Assembly (NCBI GenBank): GCA_963716255.1
Contig: OY970303.1
Span: forward strand, 1,024,001-1,088,000
Source of the DNA: an uncultured Gemmatimonadales bacterium
GTDB lineage: Bacteria > Gemmatimonadota > Gemmatimonadetes > Longimicrobiales > Longimicrobiaceae
Reading direction: 5' to 3'
Length of the DNA stretch: 64,000 bases
Under the pieces are notes generated by a model that was given only the letters and a program-made list of their open reading frames with translations, ran no database searches and was not told where the DNA came from. Made by a program: the position numbers and the translations under genes. Of the stretch, positions 47,102 to 57,336 are shown piece by piece. How positions within the stretch are numbered: the stretch's first letter is position 1; each line of letters opens with the position of its first letter.

Positions 47102-48601
47102 TCAGTACGGCGACGCGTCGTAGTTGTCGATCTGCGCCCGCTGAAGCTTCCCCGAGTAGTCCAGGTAGCAGACCTTGGTCTCGGAGTAGAACTCGTACAC
47201 TTCCCAGCCGCCCTCGCGGTGCCCGTTCCCCGTCTGCTTGACACCGCCGAAGGGGAGGTGCGCCTCGGCCCCGATGGTGGGCGCGTTGACGTAGGTGATG
47301 CCGTTGTCCAGCTCCTGGAAGGCGCGGAACGAGGCGATGTTGTCGCGCGTGTAGATGGACGAGCTGAGGCCGTACTTGACCTCGTTGTTGATGCGGATGG
47401 CCTCGTCCAGGTCCGAGAAGCGGATCACGGAAAGCACCGGGCCGAAGATCTCCTCGGTGGCCATGCGCGAGCCCGGCTTCACGTCCGTGAAGATGGTGGG
47501 CTGGAAGAAGAAGCCGTCGTCCACGCCCTCGCCCGTGGGCCGCTCGCCGCCGAGCGCCAGCGTGGCCTCCTGCTTCCCGATCTCCACGTACTGCTCCACC
47601 TTGTCGCGCGAGGCGGCGTGGATCAGCGGGCCCACGTCCACGCCCTCGTCCAGCCCGTAGCCCAGCTTGAGCTCCCTGGCCCGGCCGACGAGGCGCTCCA
47701 CGAAGCGGTCGTGGATGCCGTCCTGGAGGAGCAGCCGCGAGGTGGCGGTGCAGCGCTGCCCGGTAGTGCCGAAGGCGCCCCACAGCACGCCGTCGAGCGC
47801 CAGGTCCAGGTCGGCGTCGTCCATGACGATCTGGGCGTTCTTGCCGCCCATCTCCAGCGACAGGCGCTTGTGCATGCGCCCGCACGCTTCGCCGATGTGC
47901 GACCCGGTCTCGGTGGAGCCGGTGAAGGAGATGACGGGGATCCCCGGATGGTTGGTGATGGCGGCGCCCACCTCCTCGCCCAGGCCGTGGACCAGGTTGA
48001 CGACGCCCGCGGGGATGCCGGCCTCTTCCATGATCTCCACCAGCAGCGACACCGTGTGCGGGGTGTCCTCGGCGGGCTTGATGATCACGCTGTTCCCGCA
48101 CACCAGCGCCGGGAACATCTTCCAGGTGGGGATGGCGAGCGGGAAGTTGAACGGGGTGATGAGCCCGCACACGCCGATGGGGCGGCGGTAGCTCATCGCC
48201 CACTTGTTGCGCAGCTCGGAGGGAACGGTGTGTCCGAAGAGGCGGCGCCCCTCGACGCCGGCGTAGTACGCGGTGTCGATCCCCTCCTGCACGTCGCCGC
48301 GGGTCTCGGTGAGCACCTTGCCCATCTCGCGCGTGGCGGCCCGGGCGACCTCGTCCTTTCGCGCGGTGAGCAGGTCGCCCACCTTCCGCAGCACGTCGCC
48401 GCGGGCGGGCGCGGGGGTGGCGCGCCACTCGGCAAAGCCCTTCTGCGCGGCCTCCACGGCGCGGTCCACGTCCTCCTTGCCGGAGCGCGGCCACAGACCG
48501 ATCAGGTCGCTCTGCTTGGCCGGGTTCCGGTTCTCGAAGTACTCGCCGGTCGAGGGCTCCACCCACTGGCCGCCGATGAAGTTCTTGAACTTGTCCGCCA
48601 T
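47102..48601 (-). CDS. Aldehyde dehydrogenase
   Basis: ITPFNFP, FTGS, LEMGGKN, GQRCTA, EEIFGP. Confidence 0.95.
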   Translation of the reverse strand: MADKFKNFIGGQWVEPSTGEYFENRNPAKQSDLIGLWPRSGKEDVDRAVEAAQKGFAEWRATPAPARGDVLRKVGDLLTARKDEVARAATREMGKVLTETRGDVQEGIDTAYYAGVEGRRLFGHTVPSELRNKWAMSYRRPIGVCGLITPFNFPLAIPTWKMFPALVCGNSVIIKPAEDTPHTVSLLVEIMEEAGIPAGVVNLVHGLGEEVGAAITNHPGIPVISFTGSTETGSHIGEACGRMHKRLSLEMGGKNAQIVMDDADLDLALDGVLWGAFGTTGQRCTATSRLLLQDGIHDRFVERLVGRARELKLGYGLDEGVDVGPLIHAASRDKVEQYVEIGKQEATLALGGERPTGEGVDDGFFFQPTIFTDVKPGSRMATEEIFGPVLSVIRFSDLDEAIRINNEVKYGLSSSIYTRDNIASFRAFQELDNGITYVNAPTIGAEAHLPFGGVKQTGNGHREGGWEVYEFYSETKVCYLDYSGKLQRAQIDNYDASPY

Positions 48602-48865
48602 CTCGTCCTCGTTGGTATTTCGAACGGAGTGTGTGGCTGCTGGAAGCCGGGGAATGTAGGGCTGCGGGGGCGGGCTGCCAACCTGTGGCGCATCGCGTTC
48701 CCCCGCGTCCGCACCCGGACGCCGTGCCGGAGAATGTAACCATCGGCGCAAGACGGGGAGCCCGACGCCGCGCGAAGCCCCTCCCCCGCACCGCATCCGA
48801 TCAATCCGCATTTCGAGGGTCCAGCGATTATCAGCGCCGATGTTCGAGGCGCCATCGCTGACGGA

Positions 48866-50063
48866 GTGACCGACAATACCGCCGTCATTCAACACGCGAT
48901 CGATTACTTAGTGGAACTCGGTGGGGGAACCCTTCGACTCGGTCCGGGAGTCTTTTTTTTGCCTCGCCCAGTTGGCATGGGATGGAGCGCCAATCACGCT
49001 CCAGGGCGCCGGAGCTTCCGTTCAGCCCGGAGTTGGAACTGTTTTGAAATTCCCTGCTGGACTCGATGGGGCAATAAAAATTCAGAATGGCTTGGCCGGG
49101 CGCGGGGGGAATAGCCAGATACGCGACCTTGTCGTGGAAGGCTCGGGCACAATCCCGGTAAGCGATGAGAATGCTGAGCTAGGCATAGGCGCAGGGCTAG
49201 TCATACAGGCAAATGCCACCAAGGTGAGCAACGTGATCGTACGGCAATTTGAAGGGAATGGATGCTACGTGCTGAGCGGTCTGGACAACGTAGTTTCCGG
49301 CGAGAACGCCAACAATTGCTTGTTCCTGGGACTTCAGTGCCGCAACAATCTCCAGAATGGCCTGGCGATAGCTGGGTTTGACAGTAACGCTTGCTGCATT
49401 ATCAAACTAGATAGTACGGACAACGGCCAATTCGGTGTTTACGAGCACAGCATTTTAGGGAATGCGTATTACAGCCCCCATTTTTCTGGAAACGCTGCTG
49501 GGCCGATTCGCATTGGCTCCAGGTCTGGGTATAATCGATTCTATGCTGTCTACAAAGAAGCCGGAACGGCTCTCGCTCTCCAGCTCGATGCCCCCGGCTC
49601 CGGACAAAATTATGTAGATTTCATGGTGGCTGAGGGAACAGGGGTGGACCCTGCCAACATCACCATCACTGATAACACGCTATCAGAAAATAATATAGTA
49701 GTTGTGAAAGGAACAACGTCCAGAGGCCAATTCGGCGGCAGTGCTGGCGCAACTGGCACCGTAAGTATCCAGGACCTGCTTCTCTTGCTCACAAACGGAG
49801 GTGTACTGCAGCTGCAGGACAATCCGTTGACCGCGATTTGGCAGATGTTTGTCCACAACGGTATTCTGCAACTTGTCAGCGCATCTCAAAATCGAATGAT
49901 CACAAATGCGATTCAATCTCAGGGTGGCGTTGGCATGTTCAACACGAATCCCCCTACCAATAAGCCCTCCGTCACAGGATCACGAGGAAACAATGACGCG
50001 CTGACGAACCTGCTCGCTGCCGTGGCCAGCTTTGGCATGATTGCAGACAATACCACCGCTTGA
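48866..50063 (+). CDS. Right-handed beta-helix (pectate lyase 3 / phage tailspike-like) protein; frameshift at the T8 run 48953-48960; true start unclear
   Basis: Upstream frame gives (GAIADG)VTDNTAVIQHAIDYLVELGGGTLRLGPGVF, joining the Asn/Gly-rich ORF 48921..50063 if one T is removed; AT-rich. Confidence 0.65.
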
Positions 50064-50308
50064 GGCCAGGAGAGAGGTAGTTCCTGACTCACGAAGCACC
50101 CGCAATCAGCCGGGGCTGGAGGAAAAACCACGTTTGGCATGCGGCGGCGACAAATGCTTCGGTCTGTATACGACTACAAACCTCCTCCCCGGCTCCCACT
50201 GTCGGATGAGAGCTTTCTCACTTCATCTCTCGCCACCCCAAAGAAATTCGGGGTTTTTCTCGTCTTAGTTGCCGTTCGCCGTTCCCGCAGTACCCCTCAA
50301 AATAGGTG

Positions 50309-50434
50309 CGGAGGGAGACTCGCCGGCTGTTTGGCGAGGCTCACTCCGGCGAAGGGAGACCCGGGGCCGTTTCCGGGGCTCCCGGAGCCCGCGCAGGAGA
50401 CGGACGGCCGTATCGTCCAGCTCCGGAGCGGCCC
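50309..50434 (+). repeat. Repeat family R2, copy f
   Basis: Three arms, ends CCGGAGCGGCCC. Confidence 0.9.
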
Positions 50435-50461
50435 GTAGAACCTAACCGAAGCGGGAAGAGG

Positions 50462-50650
50462 TCACACCAAACCCCACCCCATGACCAGCGCCGCCGAGCC
50501 GGCCAGCACCATGCTCCACATGGCCCACAGCTTGTAGAACGCCAGCTCCGGGTGCAGCCGCTTATACAGCCACGCCAGTACCCACCCGCCCCCGAACGCC
50601 CCCAGCAGCCACGCGGCCGCCACGATCAGCCATCCCACCCAGGTCGGCAC
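50462..50650 (-). CDS. Small two-TM membrane protein
   Basis: Two hydrophobic Trp-rich helices; 6 nt after the upstream stop. Confidence 0.65.
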   Translation of the reverse strand: MPTWVGWLIVAAAWLLGAFGGGWVLAWLYKRLHPELAFYKLWAMWSMVLAGSAALVMGWGLV

Positions 50651-50656
50651 GGCGCG

Positions 50657-52018
<1,362 letters not shown>

Positions 52019-52059
52019 TTCAGTCGTCGTCGTGGGAGTCGGGACTCGGGGTGGGCGCT

Positions 52060-52686
52060 TCAGGGCCGGGGCGTGAGGACGAGCTCGCCGCGCTCCACGC
52101 GGGCGGCGCCGACGCCTGCCGGGAGCGGGAAAGCGTACGCGCTGGGGGACAGGCCGGGCTCGTCGCGCCGCCCCATCCGCTCCAGCGCCTGCGGGTACAT
52201 GCGGTCGGGGACGGGGATGCCGGCGAAGGTGATGCGCTGCACCTCGAAGGCGGCGCGCCCGTCGGCCAGCGGCGCGAGCTTCCCCACGATGTCCACGTCG
52301 GCGGTGTCGGGGAGGAAGGCGCGCGCGGCGCCCAGCTCCGGCACGTCCGGGAGGCGGTCGCTGGGGACCCGCGCCATGAGCTGCACCGTGTCGCCGCGGA
52401 AGGAGACGGCGGGCGACTCCAGGTCGCCGGGGATGCGGTCGCGCAGACGGTAGCGCATCAGGCTGGTGAACTCCACGTCGCTCAGGCGCACGGTCTCGCC
52501 GTCGCTGGCCAGGCGCGCCAGCTTCTCCTCGGCCTGCGCGGCGGCCTCCTGCGACACCGCCGTGGCCTCGGGGCGGCCGCCGCCCAGCAGGCTCGTGATC
52601 GTGTCCCGGAAGAGCCATGCTCCCCCGGCCAGCAGCAGCACCACCAGCAGTCCGGCCAGCAGGCCGCCCCCGCGTCGCCTCGCCAT
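52060..52686 (-). CDS. Membrane-anchored hypothetical protein
   Basis: N-terminal TM (LLAGLLVVLLLAGGAWLF); GAGGAA RBS. Confidence 0.75.
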   Translation of the reverse strand: MARRRGGGLLAGLLVVLLLAGGAWLFRDTITSLLGGGRPEATAVSQEAAAQAEEKLARLASDGETVRLSDVEFTSLMRYRLRDRIPGDLESPAVSFRGDTVQLMARVPSDRLPDVPELGAARAFLPDTADVDIVGKLAPLADGRAAFEVQRITFAGIPVPDRMYPQALERMGRRDEPGLSPSAYAFPLPAGVGAARVERGELVLTPRP

Positions 52687-52784
52687 GCACTTTCCTCCGC
52701 TCGGGTCGTTTCCCGGCTCGTTCGCGCGGGAGTCTTCAGGGACTGTTGTAACAGCGAAGGCCACGGTCGGTTCCGTGGCCCCCT

Positions 52785-53960
52785 TCAGCGGCCCTGCCCC
52801 TGCCCCGCGGCGCAGACCGCCCGGACCGCCGCGACGGCGCGGTCCACCTCCTCCGCCGTGGTCGCCCAGCCCACGGAGAAGCGCACCGCGCCGCACGCCA
52901 GCGTCCCCAGGACGCCGTGCGCCCCGGGCGCGCAGTGCAGCCCCGCCCGCGTCAGCACGCCGTGCCCGCGGTCCAGCCGCAGCGCCAGCTCGTGGGCCTC
53001 CACGCCCTCCGCCGCCACGAGCACGATCCCCACGCCCTCCGGCGCCCCGGGCGCAAGGACGCGCACCCCCGGCACGGCGGCGAGGCCGCGGCGCAGCCGG
53101 GCCTTGAGGGCGGCCTCGCGCGCGTGGAGCGCTTCCACGCCGGCGGCCTGCACCCAGCGCACGCCCGCCAGCAGCCCCGCGATGCCGGGGCCGTTCAGCG
53201 TCCCCGCCTCCAGCCGGTCCGGGTACGCCTCCGGCATGGAGTCCGGCGCCGAGTCGCCCCCGGTCCCGCCGGAAAAAACGGGCGCCACCTCCACCCCCTC
53301 GCGCACCCAGAGCCCGGCGGTCCCCTGCGGCCCCAGGAGGCCCTTGTGGCCCGCGAAGGCGAGCAGGTCCACCCCCAGCTCGTCCACCCGCACGGGCAGG
53401 TGCCCGGCGCTCTGCGCCGCGTCCAGGAGCACCAGCGTCCCGTGCTCGAGGGCGATGTCCGCCAGCCGGGCCACGGGGAGCACGGTGCCCAGCACGTTGG
53501 AGGCGTGCGGTAGGACCAGCAGGCGCGCCGGGCGGCCGTCCCCGCGGATCGCGTGCTCGGCCTCGTCCGGGTCCACGCGGCCGTCCGGGGTCCCGGCGAG
53601 AACGGTCTCGCGCACGCCCTCGCGGGCCAGCGCGGCGACGGGGCGGCGCACCGAGTTGTGGTCGTAGGCGGTGCGCACCACGCGGTCTCCCGGGCGGAGG
53701 ACGCCGCGCAGCGCGGTGTTGAGGGCGTGGGTGGTGCTGGGCTGGAGGGTCACGCGCCCCGGGTCGCCGGGGACGCCGAACAGCTCGGCCAGGGCGAGCC
53801 GGCAGTGGAGGACGGTGCGCCCGGCGGCGACGGCGAGGCGGTGCCCGCCCCGCCCGGGCGTGGCGCCCACGTCGCGCAGGTACGCGGCCACGGCCTCCAC
53901 CACCGCTTCCGGCCGCACGGCGGAGGTGGCGGCGTAGTCCAGGTAGACGAGGCCGTCCAT
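52785..53960 (-). CDS. Cysteine desulfurase-family (class V) PLP enzyme
   Basis: YLDYAATS, HASNVLG, DAAQSAG, GHKGLLGPQG, EAGT, RAGLHCAP. Confidence 0.9.
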   Translation of the reverse strand: MDGLVYLDYAATSAVRPEAVVEAVAAYLRDVGATPGRGGHRLAVAAGRTVLHCRLALAELFGVPGDPGRVTLQPSTTHALNTALRGVLRPGDRVVRTAYDHNSVRRPVAALAREGVRETVLAGTPDGRVDPDEAEHAIRGDGRPARLLVLPHASNVLGTVLPVARLADIALEHGTLVLLDAAQSAGHLPVRVDELGVDLLAFAGHKGLLGPQGTAGLWVREGVEVAPVFSGGTGGDSAPDSMPEAYPDRLEAGTLNGPGIAGLLAGVRWVQAAGVEALHAREAALKARLRRGLAAVPGVRVLAPGAPEGVGIVLVAAEGVEAHELALRLDRGHGVLTRAGLHCAPGAHGVLGTLACGAVRFSVGWATTAEEVDRAVAAVRAVCAAGQGQGR

Positions 53961-53968
53961 GCCGCGGC

Positions 53969-54202
53969 TCAGCCGCCCGGCTCCAGGTCCAGCGCGACGT
54001 AGCGGAAGCCGAGCGCCTTGATCCCGTCCACCAGCGCGGCTCCCTCCTCCCCCGCAACCCGCTCCCACTCGCCGGCGTCCACCCGCAGCGCGGCGATCTC
54101 CGCCTGGTGCCCCTCCACGCTCACCTCGCCGGCGATCCCGCGCGCGGCCAGCAGCGCACCCGCGCGGGCCAATCTCTCGTCACCCGCGCCCCCGGCCGTC
54201 AC
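53969..54202 (-). CDS. Small protein resembling the LarE C-terminal domain
   Basis: IAALRV...IKALGFRYVALDL; GTGA overlap with the larE stop. Confidence 0.6.
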   Translation of the reverse strand: MTAGGAGDERLARAGALLAARGIAGEVSVEGHQAEIAALRVDAGEWERVAGEEGAALVDGIKALGFRYVALDLEPGG

Positions 54203-55035
54203 CGGGCGCCGCCCAGCTGGACGAGCTGCGCCGCGGCGAGCCCCTCGTTCAGCGCGCCGCGGCGGTAGCCCTGTACGTCCAGCAGGGCACGCGCGAAGCC
54301 CGCCTCGCGCACCACCCGCGCGACCTCGGCGCGGAGCGGCGCCACGCGCTCCCGCTCCGCCGCGGCGACCTCCAGCCGCGCCACGTCGCCGTGGTGGCGG
54401 ACGCGGAAGTCGCGGAAGCCCAGCGCGCGCAGCCCGCTCTCGGCGCGCTCCACCTGGCGGAGGCGCTCGGGGGTGACGGCGAGCCCGTAGGGGAGGCGGG
54501 AGGCCAGGCAGGGGGCGGCGGGCTGGTCCCAGGTGGGGAGGCCCAGCTCGCGGGACCACTCGCGGATCTCGTCCTTGGTGAGGCCGGCTTCCAGGAGGGG
54601 GGAGCGCACGCCGTTCTCGGCGGCCGCGGCGGCGCCGGGGCGGTGGTCGCCCACGTCGTCGGCGTTGGAGCCGTCCAGCACCACGCGCAGGCCGCGCCCG
54701 CGCGCCACCTCGCCCAGCTTCCCCCACAGCTCCGACTTGCAGAAGTAGCAGCGGTTGCTGGGGTTGGCGGCGTAGCGCGGGTCGCTCACCTCGTCGGTGG
54801 GCACCTCCAGCCAGGGGATGCCGAAGCGCTCCGCCACCTCGCGCGCGGTGTCCTCCATCCACGAGGGGACGCTGTCGCTCTTTCCCGTGACGGCGAGGAC
54901 GTTTTCGCGCCCGAGCACGTCCGTGGCGACGCGGGCCAGGAAGACCGAGTCCACCCCGCCGCTGTATCCCACCGCCACCGAGCCGCACTCGCGCAGGACC
55001 CTGCGCAGCCGCTCCCGTTTCTCCTGCAAGGCCAT
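54199..55035 (-). CDS. larE: ATP-dependent sulfur transferase LarE
   Basis: YSGGVDS, NRCYFCK, DGSNADD..DHRPG, SPL, PCLASRLPYG, FRVRHH. Confidence 0.9.
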   Translation of the reverse strand: MALQEKRERLRRVLRECGSVAVGYSGGVDSVFLARVATDVLGRENVLAVTGKSDSVPSWMEDTAREVAERFGIPWLEVPTDEVSDPRYAANPSNRCYFCKSELWGKLGEVARGRGLRVVLDGSNADDVGDHRPGAAAAAENGVRSPLLEAGLTKDEIREWSRELGLPTWDQPAAPCLASRLPYGLAVTPERLRQVERAESGLRALGFRDFRVRHHGDVARLEVAAAERERVAPLRAEVARVVREAGFARALLDVQGYRRGALNEGLAAAQLVQLGGAR

Positions 55036-55126
55036 CTCCAGTTCACCCTCCGCGAAAGACCGGTACGCCCCAACTTACCCGGTCCCTCACGTACCCCGCC
55101 AGGCGCCGCGGGGTCGCGGCGGGCGC

Positions 55127-55789
55127 TCAGGCGCTGGCGAGCGGCTGCGCGCGCGAGGTGGACGAGGAGCGGTCCTGAGGGGCGGCGGCCCGGCCCGAGC
55201 CGCGCCGGGCCCGCCCGCGCAGCTCGAAGAGGATCACCGGCACGGCGAGCGGGATGGCGATGAACAGGGCGAGGTCGGCGACGTTGCCGGGCGGAAGCCA
55301 CAGGTCGCCCCAGGCGAAGGAAAGGTAGTCGGTGACGCCCCAGTGGACGGCGCGCTCCCCCAGGTTCCCCAGCATCCCCCCGAAGGCGAGCCCGGCGAAC
55401 GCCCACGCCACCACCCGCTCGCCCGGCCGCAGCCGGTGCATGCGCCCCACCACCTGGAAGAGGACGAAGAAGGCGACGACGGAGGCGAACAGGGCGATGC
55501 CCTGGCGCACTGCGACCGGGTAGGCGTCCCACAGCCCCAGCATCATCGCCTCGTTGCGCACGTGCCACAGGGCGACGCGCCCCCGCCACACCTCCACGAA
55601 GCCGCCGAGCGGCACCGTGGCGGCGACCGCGGCCTTGACCGCCCAGTCGACCGCGGCGACGGCGAGCGCGAGGGCGAGGACCGCGCGCCACCCCTGGTTG
55701 GGCTCGAAGTCGGAGCGGCGGCGTCCGCCGGTGCGGTCGGCGCGGCGCTCGCCCTGGAGGCGGCGGACAAGGACGGCGAGTCGGTTCAT
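55127..55789 (-). CDS. lspA: Lipoprotein signal peptidase II family protein (divergent)
   Basis: DWAVK, RNEAMMLG, GGMLGNLGER, GVTDYL, GNVADL. Confidence 0.75.
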   Translation of the reverse strand: MNRLAVLVRRLQGERRADRTGGRRRSDFEPNQGWRAVLALALAVAAVDWAVKAAVAATVPLGGFVEVWRGRVALWHVRNEAMMLGLWDAYPVAVRQGIALFASVVAFFVLFQVVGRMHRLRPGERVVAWAFAGLAFGGMLGNLGERAVHWGVTDYLSFAWGDLWLPPGNVADLALFIAIPLAVPVILFELRGRARRGSGRAAAPQDRSSSTSRAQPLASA

Positions 55790-55836
55790 CTGTCGCGCGG
55801 GTCGGTGGGAAACAGACATCGTCCGATGCGTGTTTT

Positions 55837-55852
55837 CGCAAGCGCGATGCCG
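55837..55852 (-). promoter_or_regulatory. Candidate sigma54 promoter
   Basis: CGGCATCGCGCTTGCG about 48 nt before the lspA-like ATG. Confidence 0.5.
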
Positions 55853-55891
55853 GAGCCGCCGGGACCCGGCGGGAGACCGGCTCCGTCCTCG

Positions 55892-56045
55892 CGGACGCCA
55901 GCGCGATCCCCGCGTGAGGGATTTCGGCCCGAAGGGGCGAGACCGCGCGGCTGTTTGCGCGGGCTCGACTCCGTTACGCACGGTTGTTTCGTGCGTTACG
56001 GAGCCGAAGCCCACGGAACGCCCGGCGCCAGCCGGGGGCACGCCC
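55892..56045 (+). repeat. Repeat family R1, copy J
   Basis: R1 core with a small 3' insertion. Confidence 0.95.
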
Positions 56046-56084
56046 GAACCCTGCTTTTCTACCCGATCGAATCGGATCCGGTCA

Positions 56085-57323
56085 TCACTGGTGCCGCAGC
56101 GCCTCCACCGGATTGAGCCGGGCCGCCCGGCTCGCGGGCACGATCCCGAACACCAGTCCGCACAACACCGATACGCCGAGCCCCGTCAGCACCGACCAGA
56201 GCGGCACGGCCGCCGGGACCGGCGTGAAGCGGGCCAGGAGGAGGGTCCCGCTCCCGGCCAGCAGGATCCCCACGCTTCCGCCCGCGAGGGTCACCGCGAC
56301 GGCTTCCACCAGGAACTGCCACAGGATCGCGCGCCGGGTCGCGCCGAGCGACTTGCGGACGCCGATCTCCCGCGTCCGCTCGGTGACGGAGATCGTCATC
56401 ACGGCGATCACGCCCACTCCGCCCACGATCAGCCCCAGCGACGACAGGAGCAGCATGACCGCGAAGAAGGCGCGGGTCGTGTCGTCGAACATGCCCTGGA
56501 TGGCCTCCTGGCCCGTCAGCGCGAAGGTGTTCGGCTCTCCCGGACGGAGGCCGCGCGCGGAGCGGAGGACGGCCGTGACGTCGGTCATGGCGCTCGCCCT
56601 GGACACGTCCGCCTCGGGCACCACCCTCACCTCCAGCCACTCGTCGTCCACGGGCAGGTGCTTGACGGCGCTGGTGTAGGGAGCCACGAGCCAGCGGTCC
56701 GTCTCGGCCGCGAAGAGGTTTCCCTTTTCCCGGTACACGCCCACGACCCGAAAGGCGGTCCCGCCCAGCAGGAGGGGGGCGGTCGGCACCGGCCCGCCGA
56801 AGACTTCCCGCGCCAGCCCTTCCGAAAGGACGGCCACGGGAGCGGAGCGCTCCACCTCCGCGTCCAGGAAGTTGCGCCCCCACACGAGGACGCCGGCCCT
56901 GTAGTCCGGCCAGCCCGTTCCGGAGCCTTCCACGTCCACCCCGGGGACGGTGGTCCTTCCCAGGCGCACGTCGGCGCTCCCGCTCACGCTCGGAGTGGCG
57001 GAGCGCACGGCGGGAAGGCGCGTCAGCAGCTCGGCCTCGCGCAGGGTGATCGCCGGAGCCCCCGCCCACGGCGCCCTCCCCTCGCCGAAGTCCCCCAGCT
57101 GTACGCCGCCCATGTCGAACCGCTCCACCACGAAGTTTTCGGGGCCGATCGCGACCAGGTCTTCCATGACCGCCGCGCGGATGCCGGTGATCACCGACGC
57201 CATGGCCATCACGGTCGCCACCCCCACCACCATCCCCGCCGTCGTGAGCAGGGTGCGCACCCGGTTGGCGCGCAGCGCATCGAGTGCGATTCCCACTCCG
57301 TGAGCCGCCGTGGAAAGGTTCAT
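56085..57323 (-). CDS. MacB/FtsX-type ABC permease
   Basis: RTLLT..G..VGV, SVTERTREIGVRKSLGA, QFLVEA, PASRAARLNPVEALR. Confidence 0.9.
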   Translation of the reverse strand: MNLSTAAHGVGIALDALRANRVRTLLTTAGMVVGVATVMAMASVITGIRAAVMEDLVAIGPENFVVERFDMGGVQLGDFGEGRAPWAGAPAITLREAELLTRLPAVRSATPSVSGSADVRLGRTTVPGVDVEGSGTGWPDYRAGVLVWGRNFLDAEVERSAPVAVLSEGLAREVFGGPVPTAPLLLGGTAFRVVGVYREKGNLFAAETDRWLVAPYTSAVKHLPVDDEWLEVRVVPEADVSRASAMTDVTAVLRSARGLRPGEPNTFALTGQEAIQGMFDDTTRAFFAVMLLLSSLGLIVGGVGVIAVMTISVTERTREIGVRKSLGATRRAILWQFLVEAVAVTLAGGSVGILLAGSGTLLLARFTPVPAAVPLWSVLTGLGVSVLCGLVFGIVPASRAARLNPVEALRHQ

Positions 57324-57336
57324 TTCCGGCCCCCTG

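Noticed and set aside
48790..50280. Prophage
   Set aside because: Only one phage-like gene; no integrase, att sites or structural module
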